From Isurus oxyrinchus (lineage: Eukaryota), in NCBI GenBank assembly GCA_026770705.1, contig JANJGN010000023.1, positions 37,944,001-38,008,000 of the forward strand: a stretch of 64,000 bases of DNA, written 5' to 3'. Both the position numbers and the translations under genes were made by a program. Positions 12,801 through 25,389 of the stretch are shown piece after piece. How positions within the stretch are numbered: the first letter of the stretch is position 1; every line of letters begins with the position of its first letter. The notes under the pieces are model-generated. The model did no database searches and was not told the origin of the DNA. It saw only the letters and a program-made list of their open reading frames with translations.

Positions 12801-14389
12801 TATGATCAGGAGTAGGCCATTTGGCTCGTTGAGCCTGCTCTGATTCAATGATTGAGCTTCCACAGGCCTCTGCAGTAGGGAATTTCAAAGATTCATCACC
12901 CCCTGAGTGAAGAAATTCCTCCTCATCTCAGCCTTAAATGGCCAGCCCCTTATTCTGAGATTGTGTCCCCTGGTTCTAGACTCACCAACTGGGGAAACAT
13001 CTTATCTATATCTACCCTGTCACAGCTGTAATACTTCTGTTAGTTTCAGTGAGGTCACCTCTCATTCTTCAAAACTCTAGAGTCTGAGCCCAGTTTCCTC
13101 ATTGCGCTCCCTCTGTGGCAAGTATATCCTTCCTTAGATAAGGAGACTAAAACTGTAAACAATGCTCCAGGTGCGGTCTCACAATTGTGGCAAAGCATCT
13201 TTACTCCTGTATTTCAATCCTCTTGTGATGAAGGCCAACATGCCACTTGCCTTCCTAGCTACTTGCTGTATCTGACTGCTAAATTTTAGTGACTTATGAA
13301 CAAGCAGACCAAGGTCCCTTTGGACATCAACACTTCCTAACCTTTCACCATTTAAGAAATACTCTGCCTTTCTATTTTTTCTACCAAAGTGGATAACTTC
13401 ACAATTATTTGCATTATATTCCATCTGCCACGTTCTTGCTCATTCACTTAGCCTGCCCACGTCATCTTGAACCCTTCTTGCGTCCTCCTCACAACTTACA
13501 TTCCCACCTAGTTTTGTGTCATCAGCAAATTTGGAAATATTACGTTTGGTCCCTACATCTAAATCATTTATATAGATTGTGAACAGCTCTAGCCCAGCAC
13601 TGATCCTTGCGGTACCCCACTCATGACAGCCTGCCATCCGAGAATGACCCGTTTACTCTTGGTTTGTTGTTTGTTAACAAATTCTCAGTCCAAACCAGCA
13701 TATTATCCCCAATCCCATATGATCTAATTTTGTTTACTAAACTCCTCTGTGGGATCTTATTAAAAGCTTTCTGAAAATCCAAACACACCTTATCCACTCG
13801 TTCTCCTTTATTTACGCTGCAAAGAACATCCTCAAAAAACTCCAAGCATGTTTTTCTAACATGAGTTCCCTTTCATAAATCCGTGTTGACTCTGTCCAAT
13901 CATATCATTATTTTCTAAGTGTCTATTTATCACATCCTTATAGATTCTAACATTTTCCCTACCGCCGATGCCAAACTAACAGGTCTGTAGTTTTCCGTTT
14001 TCTCTCTCCCTCCGTTCTTCAAAATAGTGGGGTTACATTTGCTACATTCCAGCCTGCAGGAGCCTTTCCAGAATCTATAGAACTTTAAAAGATAACCAAC
14101 AATGCACCCACAATCTTTATAGCCACCTCCTTCAATATTCTGGGATGTAGTTCATCAGATTTAGGGGATTTATCAACCTTCAATCTAATTAATTTTTTGA
14201 GTACTACCTCTTTATTAATACTAATTTCTTTCAGCTCTCATTTTCACAAGACCCTTGGTTCCCTAATATTTTTGGGAGATTTTCTGTATCTTGCTCCGTG
14301 AAGACAGACACAAAGTAATTGCTTAGTTTTTCCACCATTTCCCTGTTCTCCATTATAAATTCTCTTGTCTCTGCTTGAATTTTTAAAAA

Positions 14390-14993
14390 AAATTTCTTTA
14401 TGGGATGTGGGCATCACTGGCTAGGCCAGCTTTTATTGCCCATCTATAATTGCCCTTGAGAAGGTGGTGGTGAGCTGCCTTCTTGAACCACTGCAGTCCA
14501 TGTGTAGGTACACCCACAGTGCTGTTAAGGAGGAAGTTCTAGGATTTTGACCCAGCGACAGTGAAGGAACGGCAATATATTTCCAAGTCAGGATTGCAAG
14601 TGGCTTGGTTGGGGAACTTCCAGGCAGGGATATTCCCATGTCTCTGCTGCCCTTGTCCTGCTAGATGGTTGTGGTCATGGGTTTGGAAGGTGCTGTCTAA
14701 GGAGCTTTGGTGAGTTCCTGCAGTGCATCTTGCAGATGGTACACACTGCTGCCACTGTGTGTTGGTGATAGAGGGCATGAATATTTGTGGATGGTGTACC
14801 AGTCAAGCGGGTTGCTTTGTCCTGGTTGGTGTCAAGCTTCTTGAGTGTTGTTGGAGCTGCACTCATCCAGGCAAGTGGAGAGTATTCCATGAAACTCCTG
14901 ACTTGTGCCTTGTAGATGGTGGACAGGTTTTGGGGAGTTAGGAGCTGAGTTACTCGCCGCAGGATTCCTAGCCTCTGACCTGTTCTTGTAGTC
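14390..14993 (-). mobile_element. LINE family B 3' fragment nested in CR1
   Basis: ORF 14675-14995 LSTIYKAQVRSFMEYSPLAW...KLDTNQDKA is a LINE ORF2 C-terminus; it interrupts CR1 ORF2. Confidence 0.8.
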
Positions 14994-15191
14994 ATCTGAC
15001 ATTTGTCCTTGCTAATCTTTTCCTTTTCACATATCCAAAGAAACTTTTACAATCTGCCTTTATGTTTCTCGCTAGGTTGCATTCATATTCTCACTCCCCT
15101 TTATCAGTTTCTTGGTCCCCCTTTACTGGATTCTAAACTGCTCCCAATCCTTGGGTTTAGCACTTTTTCTGGCAGCCTTATAAGCCACTGT

Positions 15192-15360
15192 TGCTGAGTC
15201 AAAATCCTGGAACTCCCTCCCCAACAGCACTGTGGATGTACTGACACCACATGGACTGCAACGGTTCAAGAAAGCAGCTCACCACCACCTTCTCAAGGAC
15301 AATAGGGATGGGCAATAAATGTTGGCTTAGCCATTGACACCCACATCCCATGAATGAAAA
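15192..15360 (+). mobile_element. LINE family B 3' tail nested in CR1
   Basis: tcaaaatcctggaactcc...cccacatcccatgaatgaaaa. Confidence 0.75.
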
Positions 15361-15576
15361 ATCTTTCTTTGACCTAATGCAATCTTTAACTTTTTTTGTT
15401 AAGCACTGTTGATTTACCATTCCAGTTGGGTTTTTGTGTCTTAGAGGAATGTATATTTATTTTCGACCATGTGATTAAGTACTTTAAGTACTAGCCATTG
15501 TCTCTGTCTACTGTCAAATTTTTAGTGTATTTTCCCAATCCACCATAGCCAACTTGCACCTCATACCTTCGTAGTT

Positions 15577-15677
15577 CTGTCGAAGGGTCATGAGGACTCG
15601 AAACATCAACTCTTTTCTTCTCCGCCGATGCTGCCAGACCTGCTGAGTTTTTCCAGGTAATTCTGTTTTTGTTTTTG
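15577..15677 (+). mobile_element. Micro-PLE of the young Neptune family, 10-bp TSD
   Basis: Nearly identical to 57227-57320; TSD cttcgtagtt (15567-15576) / cttcatagtt (15678-15687); begins at the hammerhead core. Confidence 0.85.
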
Positions 15678-17224
15678 CTTCATAGTTTCCTTTGTTCAGA
15701 TTTAAGACCCTAGTTTCAGAATGAACAATATCACTTTCACACTTAATGTAAAATTCTATCATATTATGGTCACTATTTCTTAAAGGTTCCTTTTCAGCAA
15801 AGTAATTAATTAGCCCTTTCTCATTACATAATAGTAAATCTAAAATAGCCTGATCCCTTGTTGGTTCTTCAATGTACTGCTCCAGAAACCCATCTTGTAC
15901 ACACCCCAGGAATTCATCCTCCACAGCATTAGCACTTTTACCCAGTGTATATCTAAATTGAAATTGTCCATTATTGCTGTATTACCAATACTACATGCAT
16001 CCCTAATTTCCTGATTTACTCTGTGTCCAACGTTATCACTACAGCATGGTGTCCTATAAACAACTCCCACCAATGTTTGCTGCCCTCTGCTGTTTCTTAG
16101 CTTCACCAAAACTGATTCTGCATCTTGATCTTTCAATCTAAGATCCTCTCTCTTGACCATTATTAAAAGTGCTACCCCAGGTCCTTTTCCTTTTTGCCTA
16201 TCCTTCCTAAATGACAAATATCCTTGAATATTCAGTTCCTGGTCTCAGTCACCCTGTAACCACATCTCCATAATGGAAATTATATCATACCCATTTACCT
16301 TGATTTGTGCCTTCAAATCATCCACTTTGTTGTGAATGCTTGTGTTCAGATAGAGTGCCCTTAACTTTGTCTTTTTAACCCATTCATCTTGTATAGGTCC
16401 CTATCTGATGCTTGCCTTTACTTCATTAGCCTCCTAATTCCACTTACTACTTTTCTACTGCCTGATACCAGTTTTGCTTCCCTCCAATCTGAACTCCCTC
16501 TCAGGTTCCCATCCTCCTGCCAATCTAGTTTAAACCCTTCCCAACAGCACTAGCAAATCTCCCTGTGAGGATGTTATTCCTGGTCCTGCTAAGGTGCAAC
16601 CTATTCATCTTGTATAGGTCCCACTTCCCCCAGAACCAGTCCCAATACCTCAGAAATCTGATGCCCTCCCTCCTACATCAATTCTCCAGCCACGTGTTCA
16701 ATCGCTTGATCCTCCTCATGCTCTCTAGCATGTGGCACTGGGAATAAACTTGGGATTACTGCTTTTGAGATCCTCCTTTTTAATTTCTTTCCTAACTCCC
16801 TAAAATCTGCTTTCAGGACCTCATCCCTCTTTCTACCTAAGACATTTGTACCAATGTGGACCACATTCTCTGGCTATTCACCCTCTCCCAGAATAATGTC
16901 TTGCAGCCGCTCTGTGACATCCTTGACCCTGGCACCAGGGAGGCAACACACCACCTTGGAGTCACATCTATGGCCGCAGAAGCGCCTGTCTGTTCCCCTA
17001 ACTAACAAATCCCCTATCACCTTTGATCTACCACTCTTCTTCCTCCCCTGCTGTGTCGTTGAGCCACCCGTGATGCCACGGACTTGGCTCTTGCATCAGT
17101 GGCCATTTAACCTACTTAATTAATTACCCACTGCTTATAGGCGGGTAGTCCTGCCGCCGCACCTTTCACCACCACGCCTTCAGCTCAGGGTTTCAACAGT
17201 GTTTAGGGGATTTTTCTTTCATAT

Positions 17225-17610
17225 TCTTTCATAGAGTGTAGAGATCGCTAGCAAGCCCAGCGTTTGTTGACTACCTAATTTCCCTTGAGTGGCTTGCTAG
17301 GCCATTTCAGAGGGAAGTTAAGAGTCAGCCACATTATTGTGGGTTTGTAGTCACATGTTGGCTCGACAAGGTAAGGACAGCAGATTTCCCTCCCTGAAAT
17401 ATAGTATTGAAACAGGCCTGTTTTTATGACAATCGATGATACTTCCATGGTCACCATTATTAAGACCTGCTTTTAGTTCCAGATTTATTTATTGATTGAA
17501 TTTAAATACCCCCGGCTATTGCAGTGTGATTTGAACCTGTGTCCCCAGTGCTTTAGCCTGGGATTCTGGATTATTAGTCCAGTGACATTACCACTACACC
17601 ACCATCTCGA
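17225..17610 (-). mobile_element. tRNA-derived SINE family 2
   Basis: Reverse complement of the 21287 and 39110 SINE (ggtggtgtagtggtaatgtcactggact head). Confidence 0.7.
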
Positions 17611-18739
17611 AAGTTCCTTTTAATGGCTTCTTCACAGAAAGGGCGTTAGAAGGATGGAACTCTGTCTCTCGAAATAATAGTAAATCCTAGCTTCATTAAT
17701 AATTTTAAATAGAATTTGATCAATTTTTGCCAGCCAAAAGTATTAAGGGTTATGGACCCAAGGTGAATAAATGGAGTTAGGGCACAGATTAACCATGATC
17801 TCATTGAGTGCTGGAACAGGATCAAAGGAGGGCTGAATATCTACTACTGTTCCTATGCTCTTGCTTCTGAATCACAATTCCATTTCCAGTATTCCAGGAC
17901 ACTTTATTATAACCATTCATCTCTGCTCCTAGTCTTGTCAGATACTTAAATCATTGTATCTGAAAACTCTAGTAAATTAGTCAAGCATGTCAATAATTAA
18001 CGTGGCCCAGATTTTGTGGCAGAAATGATTGTGGCATGAAGCCATCCATGTTGACTGTTATTGAGGGGTAAATTGGGCAGCAATGTCCGGCATCTACGAA
18101 TGCAATATTGAGGTTGAAAATAATGGGAGAGAAGACAAGAAAATTCAAGTAAGATTGATTAAGTGTTGCTGTGCTTTGGCATTAAGACCTATAAACTATA
18201 GAAAGATAAGAAGTCAGGGAGGTAAAGTTCTGAGACCTTGGTAAATAATTAGTTAAACTAAGAGACACTGTGATATGTCACTATTTGGGATAATAAGGAT
18301 ACAGGAAGCATGAACAACTTGTAGGATGGAATATTTGGATTTTAGGAGGAATGAGAAGAAAGTTCCGAGGAGCAATCACAATAATAGCATTATTCTAAAC
18401 AATGATTGCCATAGCATGATTGGCAGCTGAATGTGAGAAGATGACGTTGATGATTTGTTCATTGTTATTGATGATGACAACTTAACTTATCTTCAATTAA
18501 TGCAGTCTCCTATATTTTGTTAAGTCCATTGTTCACAAGAAATGCACGTGGAATATTAGCCTTTATTGCAAATTATAGAACCCTCTTTGATAATGTCATA
18601 TCAAACTTTTGAATTGTGAGCTGTCTATCTTAGCTGCACCTTTATTATTATACTTCTATGTCTGACAATTGCTTCCCTCAGTACCTCCTCTTGTGCCACC
18701 ATCAAATTTTCTTAATCTTCAATGCTGGAAGTGGATGAG

Positions 18740-19016
18740 GTTTCCTGAAAAAACATGAAGGCCACTTGGGCTTTTCGCCTGCCCACCAACTTTAAGGTTG
18801 GATAGGCAGCATTCTTAACTACTTTAATTACTTCCTTAATGGCCTTAATAGGCCGTTGACATTTCAGTGGGTGTGTAGCCGACTCCGGCGCGCACCCGCT
18901 GAATGAAATAGCAAGATGACGTGATGATGTCGGGGCACACGCCCGATGTCATCGTGCATAGTTTTACGCGTCAGTGTGTTGGGCCTGCCCCGCACGTCAA
19001 CCGGAAGATTCTGCCC
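18740..19016. mobile_element. Harbinger terminal fragment/MITE
   Basis: Ends in gaagattctgccc; homologous to the right ends of the 29006-33178 and 53844-61762 elements. Confidence 0.7.
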
Positions 19017-19108
19017 ATACAGTAAGGATGTTATTTATAACTAGTGCACTCTAGGCAATGGGGTTAAATTTGGCTAAGACCGGAAAATGAGTGTGGGGAT
19101 CACGGTTT

Positions 19109-20211
19109 TGTTACAATCCAGCAGATGTTAATTCTAGACAAGTCAGATTCCAGAGTGAAACCTGGCTTGATAGATCCTAACTTTTATTTTTTTTCTGAAA
19201 CAGTGGAGGAAAGTTACTGAACAAAGTCTGCTGATGAGCTTTTAACACAAAGAGTAAAACATTTATTAAACAAAAAAAATTAACTATATTACACCAGACA
19301 AAAAGGTTGTAAAGATTTTGATACAAACGCAAGAAAATGATTCAAATATTCACTATTCTTTCACCCCAGCCATATTTTTCAGCCCCATACAAATTCAGAA
19401 AGATAAAACAATTTACCATAACTGCCTTATACTCTAATATTCAGGGTACGTATGCAGTACGTGTGCATTAACAAGTGAACAGTGGTCAGATACACCACAC
19501 TGCAAAGTAAATGATAGATGCAACCAAAGTAGATTCCATGGATTTCTCAACACTTCTCAAACTGTAAGCCAACCAGTCTCACTGAAATACTGTCGTTCTC
19601 GTGAGGGTTTCCAATCTCCACATTTGAAGAACTCACCTTGGAATTCTCTCCAAACATCGCTCTGCCCTGGATCTCCTAGTACACTCAAGCTTCACTTTCC
19701 AAGCACATTTTCAGATCTTCGGCTGTGCCAAGCAGAACACCACTACTCCAAAAGGCCTGCAGTAAGGAGTCACCAACCTTGGCTGCCCCCTCAGATCTTC
19801 AGAGCTTCTCTCAAGCCTGCTTTGCTTCAAGTCTCTCTCTCTCTTTAATTCGGAGCCTATTGTTCTGCTCCTTTCTCTCAACTTTACTTAACAGGACCTG
19901 TTTCTAATCCCTGCCCTCGTCCCTGTCTGAGACATCCTTCTGGGACCTCTCCCTGTCTCCCTCCCTGTGTCTGCTCCCTGGGACATCTTCCTCTGGAATC
20001 GTGCTCCAGTTCCAGGTCACCTGAGCTACAATGTTATGTCGTTTCACTTCTTTATTTACTTTTCTTCTGCACATGTGCACAGTGCCGGTTCCCAGCCTAA
20101 AGACATGAAAATAAACAAACTGCACATGTGCAGCCATTTCCCGGCCAGCACATGTGCAGATGTCCCAAAAAACACCCGAACTGCACATGTGCGGCCATTT
20201 CCCAATCTTAC
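19109..20211 (-). mobile_element. Probable solo LTR
   Basis: Starts TGTTAC, has tttatt (AATAAA on minus), pyrimidine-rich repeats and repeated GCACATGTGC motifs; no TSD confirmed. Confidence 0.4.
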
Positions 20212-20914
20212 TGAATGGTGGAGTAGATTTGAGGGATGAAAGGCCTGTTCCTGCTCCTATTTCTTATGTTCTTATGTAGTCCCAACAACATGATCTGACT
20301 TGAGTTGTCAAGATGCGCAAATTCATTCCTTAAATGGCGTATCCTGCTAACTGCACCACTAGCCTTATTCACTGCTCAATTCATTGCATTCCCATCATCA
20401 CCTACAAAGAATCTCTATCAATCAGTACTCAATTTTTTAATTCATATGTTTCACCACACCCCCACACACAGGAGTACAGTTGTAAGACTCACTCCTACAA
20501 CTCACAGCTTACACAAGCTGGCAAGTATTTAATCATGACGGCTATACCACTCAAACATATCACAGGCTGCTCACCAACACACTTGTCTCTTTACTGCTAG
20601 AGAAGCTGATGCATCACAAGAGGTACATCAAAGAACTAGAGGCAGACTTTTTTTATTCCCATGAAAGAGACAGTGCTAGCTATTAGAGGAAGGGTCATCA
20701 CTGAAACTGTAGCCGCTGGCAGCATTGGTGGTATTAATGATGATGAGGTTTTCTGCACACGTAATCCTTCTTCTATCTTTCCACTTCTCCTTCACCCACA
20801 ACTCTTCTGACTCATAAGTTGCTGGTGGTGTAAGCATGCACCTCTTATGTTCTCCTGTGCCCTCATCACAACTCAACCGTTGTCTGTTTTTGATTTCAAA
20901 TACTCAAGAATTGG

Positions 20915-21140
20915 AAAAAAAACAAAATAATGCAGATGCTGGAACTCTGAAATAAAAACAAAAAGTGCTGGAAAAACTCAGCAGGTCTGGCAGCATCTGT
21001 AGAGGGAGAAACAGTGTTACTGTTTCAATTGCAATATAACTCTTCAGAACTCTTCAGTTGCAAAGAAGAGTCATATTGGACTTGAAACGTTAACTCTCTT
21101 TTTCTTCTCGCAGATGCTGCCAGACCTGCTGAGTTTTTTC
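20915..21140. mobile_element. Hairpin micro-PLE (inverted pLTR ends meeting at hammerheads)
   Basis: Left arm ends ...ctcttcagaact; right arm starts agtt..aagaagagtcatattggacttgaaacgttaact. Confidence 0.75.
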
Positions 21141-21286
21141 ATTTCACAAACATTGGGGCATTCCTAATCAGAGGGGGAAGAGACACTGTCACTCCCTCCT
21201 ATTCTTGCAGCACCAGCTCAGATATGGACACATTAGTACTTTGAGGCTAGGATAGAGCAGGGATCTGGAGGGATCAGTAATCAGTA

Positions 21287-21520
21287 GGGAGGCGGTGGCA
21301 TAGTGGTAGTGTCGCTGGGCTAGTATTCCAGAGAATCCCACCACAGCAGGTAGTGAAATTTGAATTCAATAAAAATCTGGAATTAAAAGTCTGATGATTA
21401 CCATGAAACCATGTCAATTGCCATAAAAACCCATCTGGTTCACGAGTGCCCTTTGTGAAAGGAAATCTGGCATCCTTACCTGGACGCTGGCCTAGCCAGC
21501 AATGCCCACATCCCATGAAC
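21287..21520 (+). mobile_element. tRNA-derived SINE family 2 with LINE-B tail
   Basis: A-box-like ggtggcatagtgg head; ends gctggcctagccagcaatgcccacatcccatgaa followed by an A-rich tail. Confidence 0.75.
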
Positions 21521-23379
21521 AAAGAAAAAAAAAATGGTAAGATAAAAAATATGCATAAGTGCACAGGAACCAGGGAGGTGAGAAAGCATAGCACAGGTGA
21601 CATATTGGTGGAGGATGGTCCAAGCTGTTGAAGAAGACTGATAGGTATACGCAACTAGCTTGGTGCACAGTAAAAAGGAGCTTGGAGGAGTCCAACTCCA
21701 GTATGATGCATGGCTTTGCACAGAGCTTGGAACCCATACTTTTAAACAGGGAATGAGTGGTCACTTCCATTAGCCCTCGTGGAACCCACCATGATGCAGC
21801 ATCTGGTGGCTAGTGTTCCAGCTTTCATCAGAGGTCTGACTGGCCTCACCCATTTCCTTGCAAGCTGAGACTTTGCCAGTGTGGCTCAAGATACCTATGT
21901 TCACATGGGCTTCTAGTATGTCACAGTAGTTCATCAATCAGTTTTCCAACAGATACCCAGGATTTCTGATGAGTCACCCTGGGAGAATGGAAGTGGGTCC
22001 ATGATATAAGGCTGTTAACCTTTCTTAGGATGACAACCTTCTTGCTCCCACTCCTCGGCTATTCCACCAGTACCCTACTTCATATCTGTCAGCCAGCTAT
22101 CCCAGCCTGCTGCAGCGCAGGCCAAGATGGTGCAATCTGAAGCTAGGATCTCTAAGGAAAAAACTGCTTGAGGTCATTTTCTAAGACCATCTACAGTCTC
22201 CTGAATTGAAGGTCAGCAGCCTTCCACTTCCAATGCTGCAGCCACTGGGAAAGCACTTTGTAGGAACACTAGGAATGTTAAAGACACTTAGAAGGCATGC
22301 ACTAAAGAAATGCACAAGGCTGATTAGTTTAATTTTGTATACATCATTTAAGGAGTGAATTTATAAAATCTGACTTGAATCTGCAATTCCTGGTGGTTTC
22401 TATTTTTTGCAGTGAGAAAGAGGATTGTATGATGGTCAGTGATAGAGGAGTCTGGGACTGTTGGTGAATGGGGGAGGTACAGTTTAGGTTACTGGTATCA
22501 CTGAAGAATAAGCTGTTCATGTAGAACCTGAGAAAAGAGGCTGCCTATGTCGTAGCCGGCCTTCCTCTTCCTCTGTTTCCTCTTGCACTTCCTCCTCTTC
22601 CACTTACCCCTCTTCTAGCAGCTTATCCTGCTCTTTGTGATCTCTTGTCATTTTCCTAGTCATGTTCAATTCCCGGAGGAATTGCTACCAGGCCACCCAT
22701 GTCTGGAAGCAACTTCTTTCAGCATAATATATTTTATGACAAAAAGTATACTGCAAGACCAACTTGACCACTTTCTGTATTCAAACTATAGTCAAGTGTA
22801 TGAAACCTCCAAAATGTGCTTAACTGTAAGCCAGAAGAAATTATCCAACAGTTAACCTGTAACTATTTCATGATTTCTTTAAATAGCGCTGGTGGGGGAA
22901 TGAGACACAGGGTGTCTTTCATTCAATTTAATATCGCGTTCAGCTTTGCAAGGGTGCTGGACGGAGTGGGGAGTTGGAGAATGGGAGTATGGAAAATGGG
23001 AAGTGTGCGATCGTATCTCAGACTCCATTTTCAAATTTAATGTAGCTGCCTAGTGCTTACGTGGGCACTACATGACCCAATTTACCCTTCAAGTTTTGTT
23101 ATCAGTTCAATGCCCCTTTTCCCCCATAATTTCTCATGAGGCCTTTCAAAAGCACTGCTGGCTTTATTTAAATAAACTGTTGTTCACTTTATCATCTAGG
23201 TGCACATCACAATACATGGTTGGTAAACCTGTCCACTGCATAGAATGTGTGCCCTACAATATTAATATTGGGTGATGAAGAAATAAGGAAAGGTTTGCAT
23301 TTATGTAGCAAGCACCTTCCACGACTGCTAGGCATCTCAGAGTGCTTTAAAGTTAATTGAATGCTATGGGTAAATGATG

Positions 23380-24480
23380 GTACGCATGGCTTTCCAGGGG
23401 CAGGTTGGTGTACAACTTGGGCTAAATTTTTTACAAGCACCTGAGAAATGCTCTATGTTAACTTGGAGTTCTTCTTCTATGCAGACACCAGTCACCAGCA
23501 AACAAGAGATCCCAGAAACTTTCTTCAAAACTCTTTGTTTTGGATTGCAGGTGTTGGATATGATATAGTCTGCCATCCTTCTTGAAAGAAAAATACATTC
23601 CTTTATCCAGGTTCTTAAAGACGTAGAAGCAAAAAATGCACCAAAGTGCAAGTTAGAATGCAATATTGCATTCATTGGAGACAGAGTAATCGTTGGCAAC
23701 TTTGCCGTCTTTCATGACTCTAACCATGATGGAACTGGCAGATCATGTGGATAAATTTTTCATCACAGCTAACTTTGGCCATTACTTTCCAGAGGTCCTC
23801 TCTGCTAACTCAATCAAAGATCTTTGCCAGATCAACAAAGGCACAGTAAAAGTCCAAGTTTTATTCTCAGCGCTTTTCCTGAAGTTATCCAGCAGTAAAA
23901 ACGGCATCAGTAGTATCTATGTCTTTTTTTGCATCCACACTGAAGTTTTATTTTAATGTAAATGGTGCTTCCCGGTACCGTGTTAACTGGCAATTCCCTT
24001 CCAAGACTGGAGGTACTTCTACAAGAGCCTTAAAGTCACCCACGTTAATGAGTTTGTTCTACTTAGAAACCTGTGAGGTGATACACTGTAGATTGTCATT
24101 GAATTCACTTTTTCTTTCATCAAAGTTTTTTGTGGTTGGTGCATAGTCTTAACAACCGTGGAATTCTCCTTATGGGAGAATGAAAGGCTCATAGTCACCA
24201 GGCAGTTGCTGACTTATTTAGGAATACCTTCATGCTTAGATATCATGTTGGATTTTACAAGAAAGCTTACCCGAATTAATCTGTCTTCTTCTATGGAGCG
24301 TCCTATGCAGAAGGAGACGTATCCTGCATCAACCGCGTTCAGCTGATTCTTTTCAGCTAGCTGGATTTCCCTGACATACTGTTAGTTCCTTACTGATCAA
24401 CACTTTTTTTCACTCTACTTGTTAACCCAGTGTCCTAGAGTGTTTTCACATTCCAAGCTGCTATATTTAAGTGTTGGTTC
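23380..24480 (-). mobile_element. Decayed RTE-clade LINE fragment
   Basis: Minus strand reads FVDLAKIFD*VSREDLWKVMAKVSCDEKFI (~23750-23840) and NIAAWNVKTL (~24440-24470), which are RTE-type RT and endonuclease motifs. Confidence 0.7.
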
Positions 24481-25389
24481 ACTTATTGTTTTGGCAGCTG
24501 ATCTAAGGCATAGTAAACGGGCCAGGATTTTGTGAAGCAGGCGTTGTTTCGGACACCTTTCCTAGCCTTTTCCTTGTGTTATGAAGCTGAACAATTCAAT
24601 CCTAAGAGGTCTAGTCTCTCTAGACATGAAAGGACTTGGGCTTTATAAATACGTGAGAAGTTTTGGTGAGGAAAGGAGATGCCAAGCATTAAGAAGGTTT
24701 TTGGAAGCAGGGTCAGCAATGTAGTAGATCTTGGTTCTTTTGAGATCATTTAAATATTTAATATCAAGGGAGATAATGAAACAAAGAATCTCTCGATGTA
24801 GGAAGACTAACAGGGAACCATCAAAAGTAAGAGCTGCTAGCTGTCTGTTAGGCCTGAGAGAAATGTAGAATCTGGCCTTGGCTTCCCATTCTTCTGCCCA
24901 CTAGCCTGCAGTTCTGTGTACATTGACCTCAATGATCAGAAAATCACACCATGACAAGTACAGAAGCGTTATAACAGGGAAGAGTTATATTCAGTCATAC
25001 TTTTCCTTTTCTGTTTTGCAAAGCGGTGCAATTTTTTGTCACCCCATTGAAGGATACTGAAAAGTTTAAGGTTTACTTATTCCATTATTCCATTGTAAGA
25101 GGCATGTAGATTATGAATATGGAAGATATGCAACCTAAAGAAAGTTGGATGTAAAATGAAACTCTCATCACAGGAATGATTATGGGTGGATAATATGCTG
25201 AGGTTGACACTGATACAGAGCAAGAACAAAGTGAGTGAAAGAACAGAGCTTCATAAGGAATGCTCAGAACAGAGAAAACTAGATAACCGTGAACATAATT
25301 TTGATGGAAGATCATTATTTTGTAGATTATTTACAAGTGCACGATACTAGACCTTGTCAAGGACTTTTGAACACAAAAAAAACTTATAA

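Larger units (their letters stand above)
12800..17030 (-). mobile_element. Near full-length decayed CR1 LINE (SGNH-esterase ORF1 + APE/RT ORF2) with nested insertions
   Basis: ORF1 pieces VHIGTN..GRKRDEVL, RGTDRRF..CLPGARVKDV (16560-17020); endonuclease pieces (15514-16217); RT pieces LDFQKAF, FTIYINDLD, KFADDTKL (13179-13845). Confidence 0.9.
20560..22680 (+). mobile_element. Old Harbinger-like remnant (Myb-gene exons and transposase tail)
   Basis: Weak similarity to exon 2/3 and 3' regions of the two intact Harbingers; interrupted by a micro-PLE and a SINE. Confidence 0.4.
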
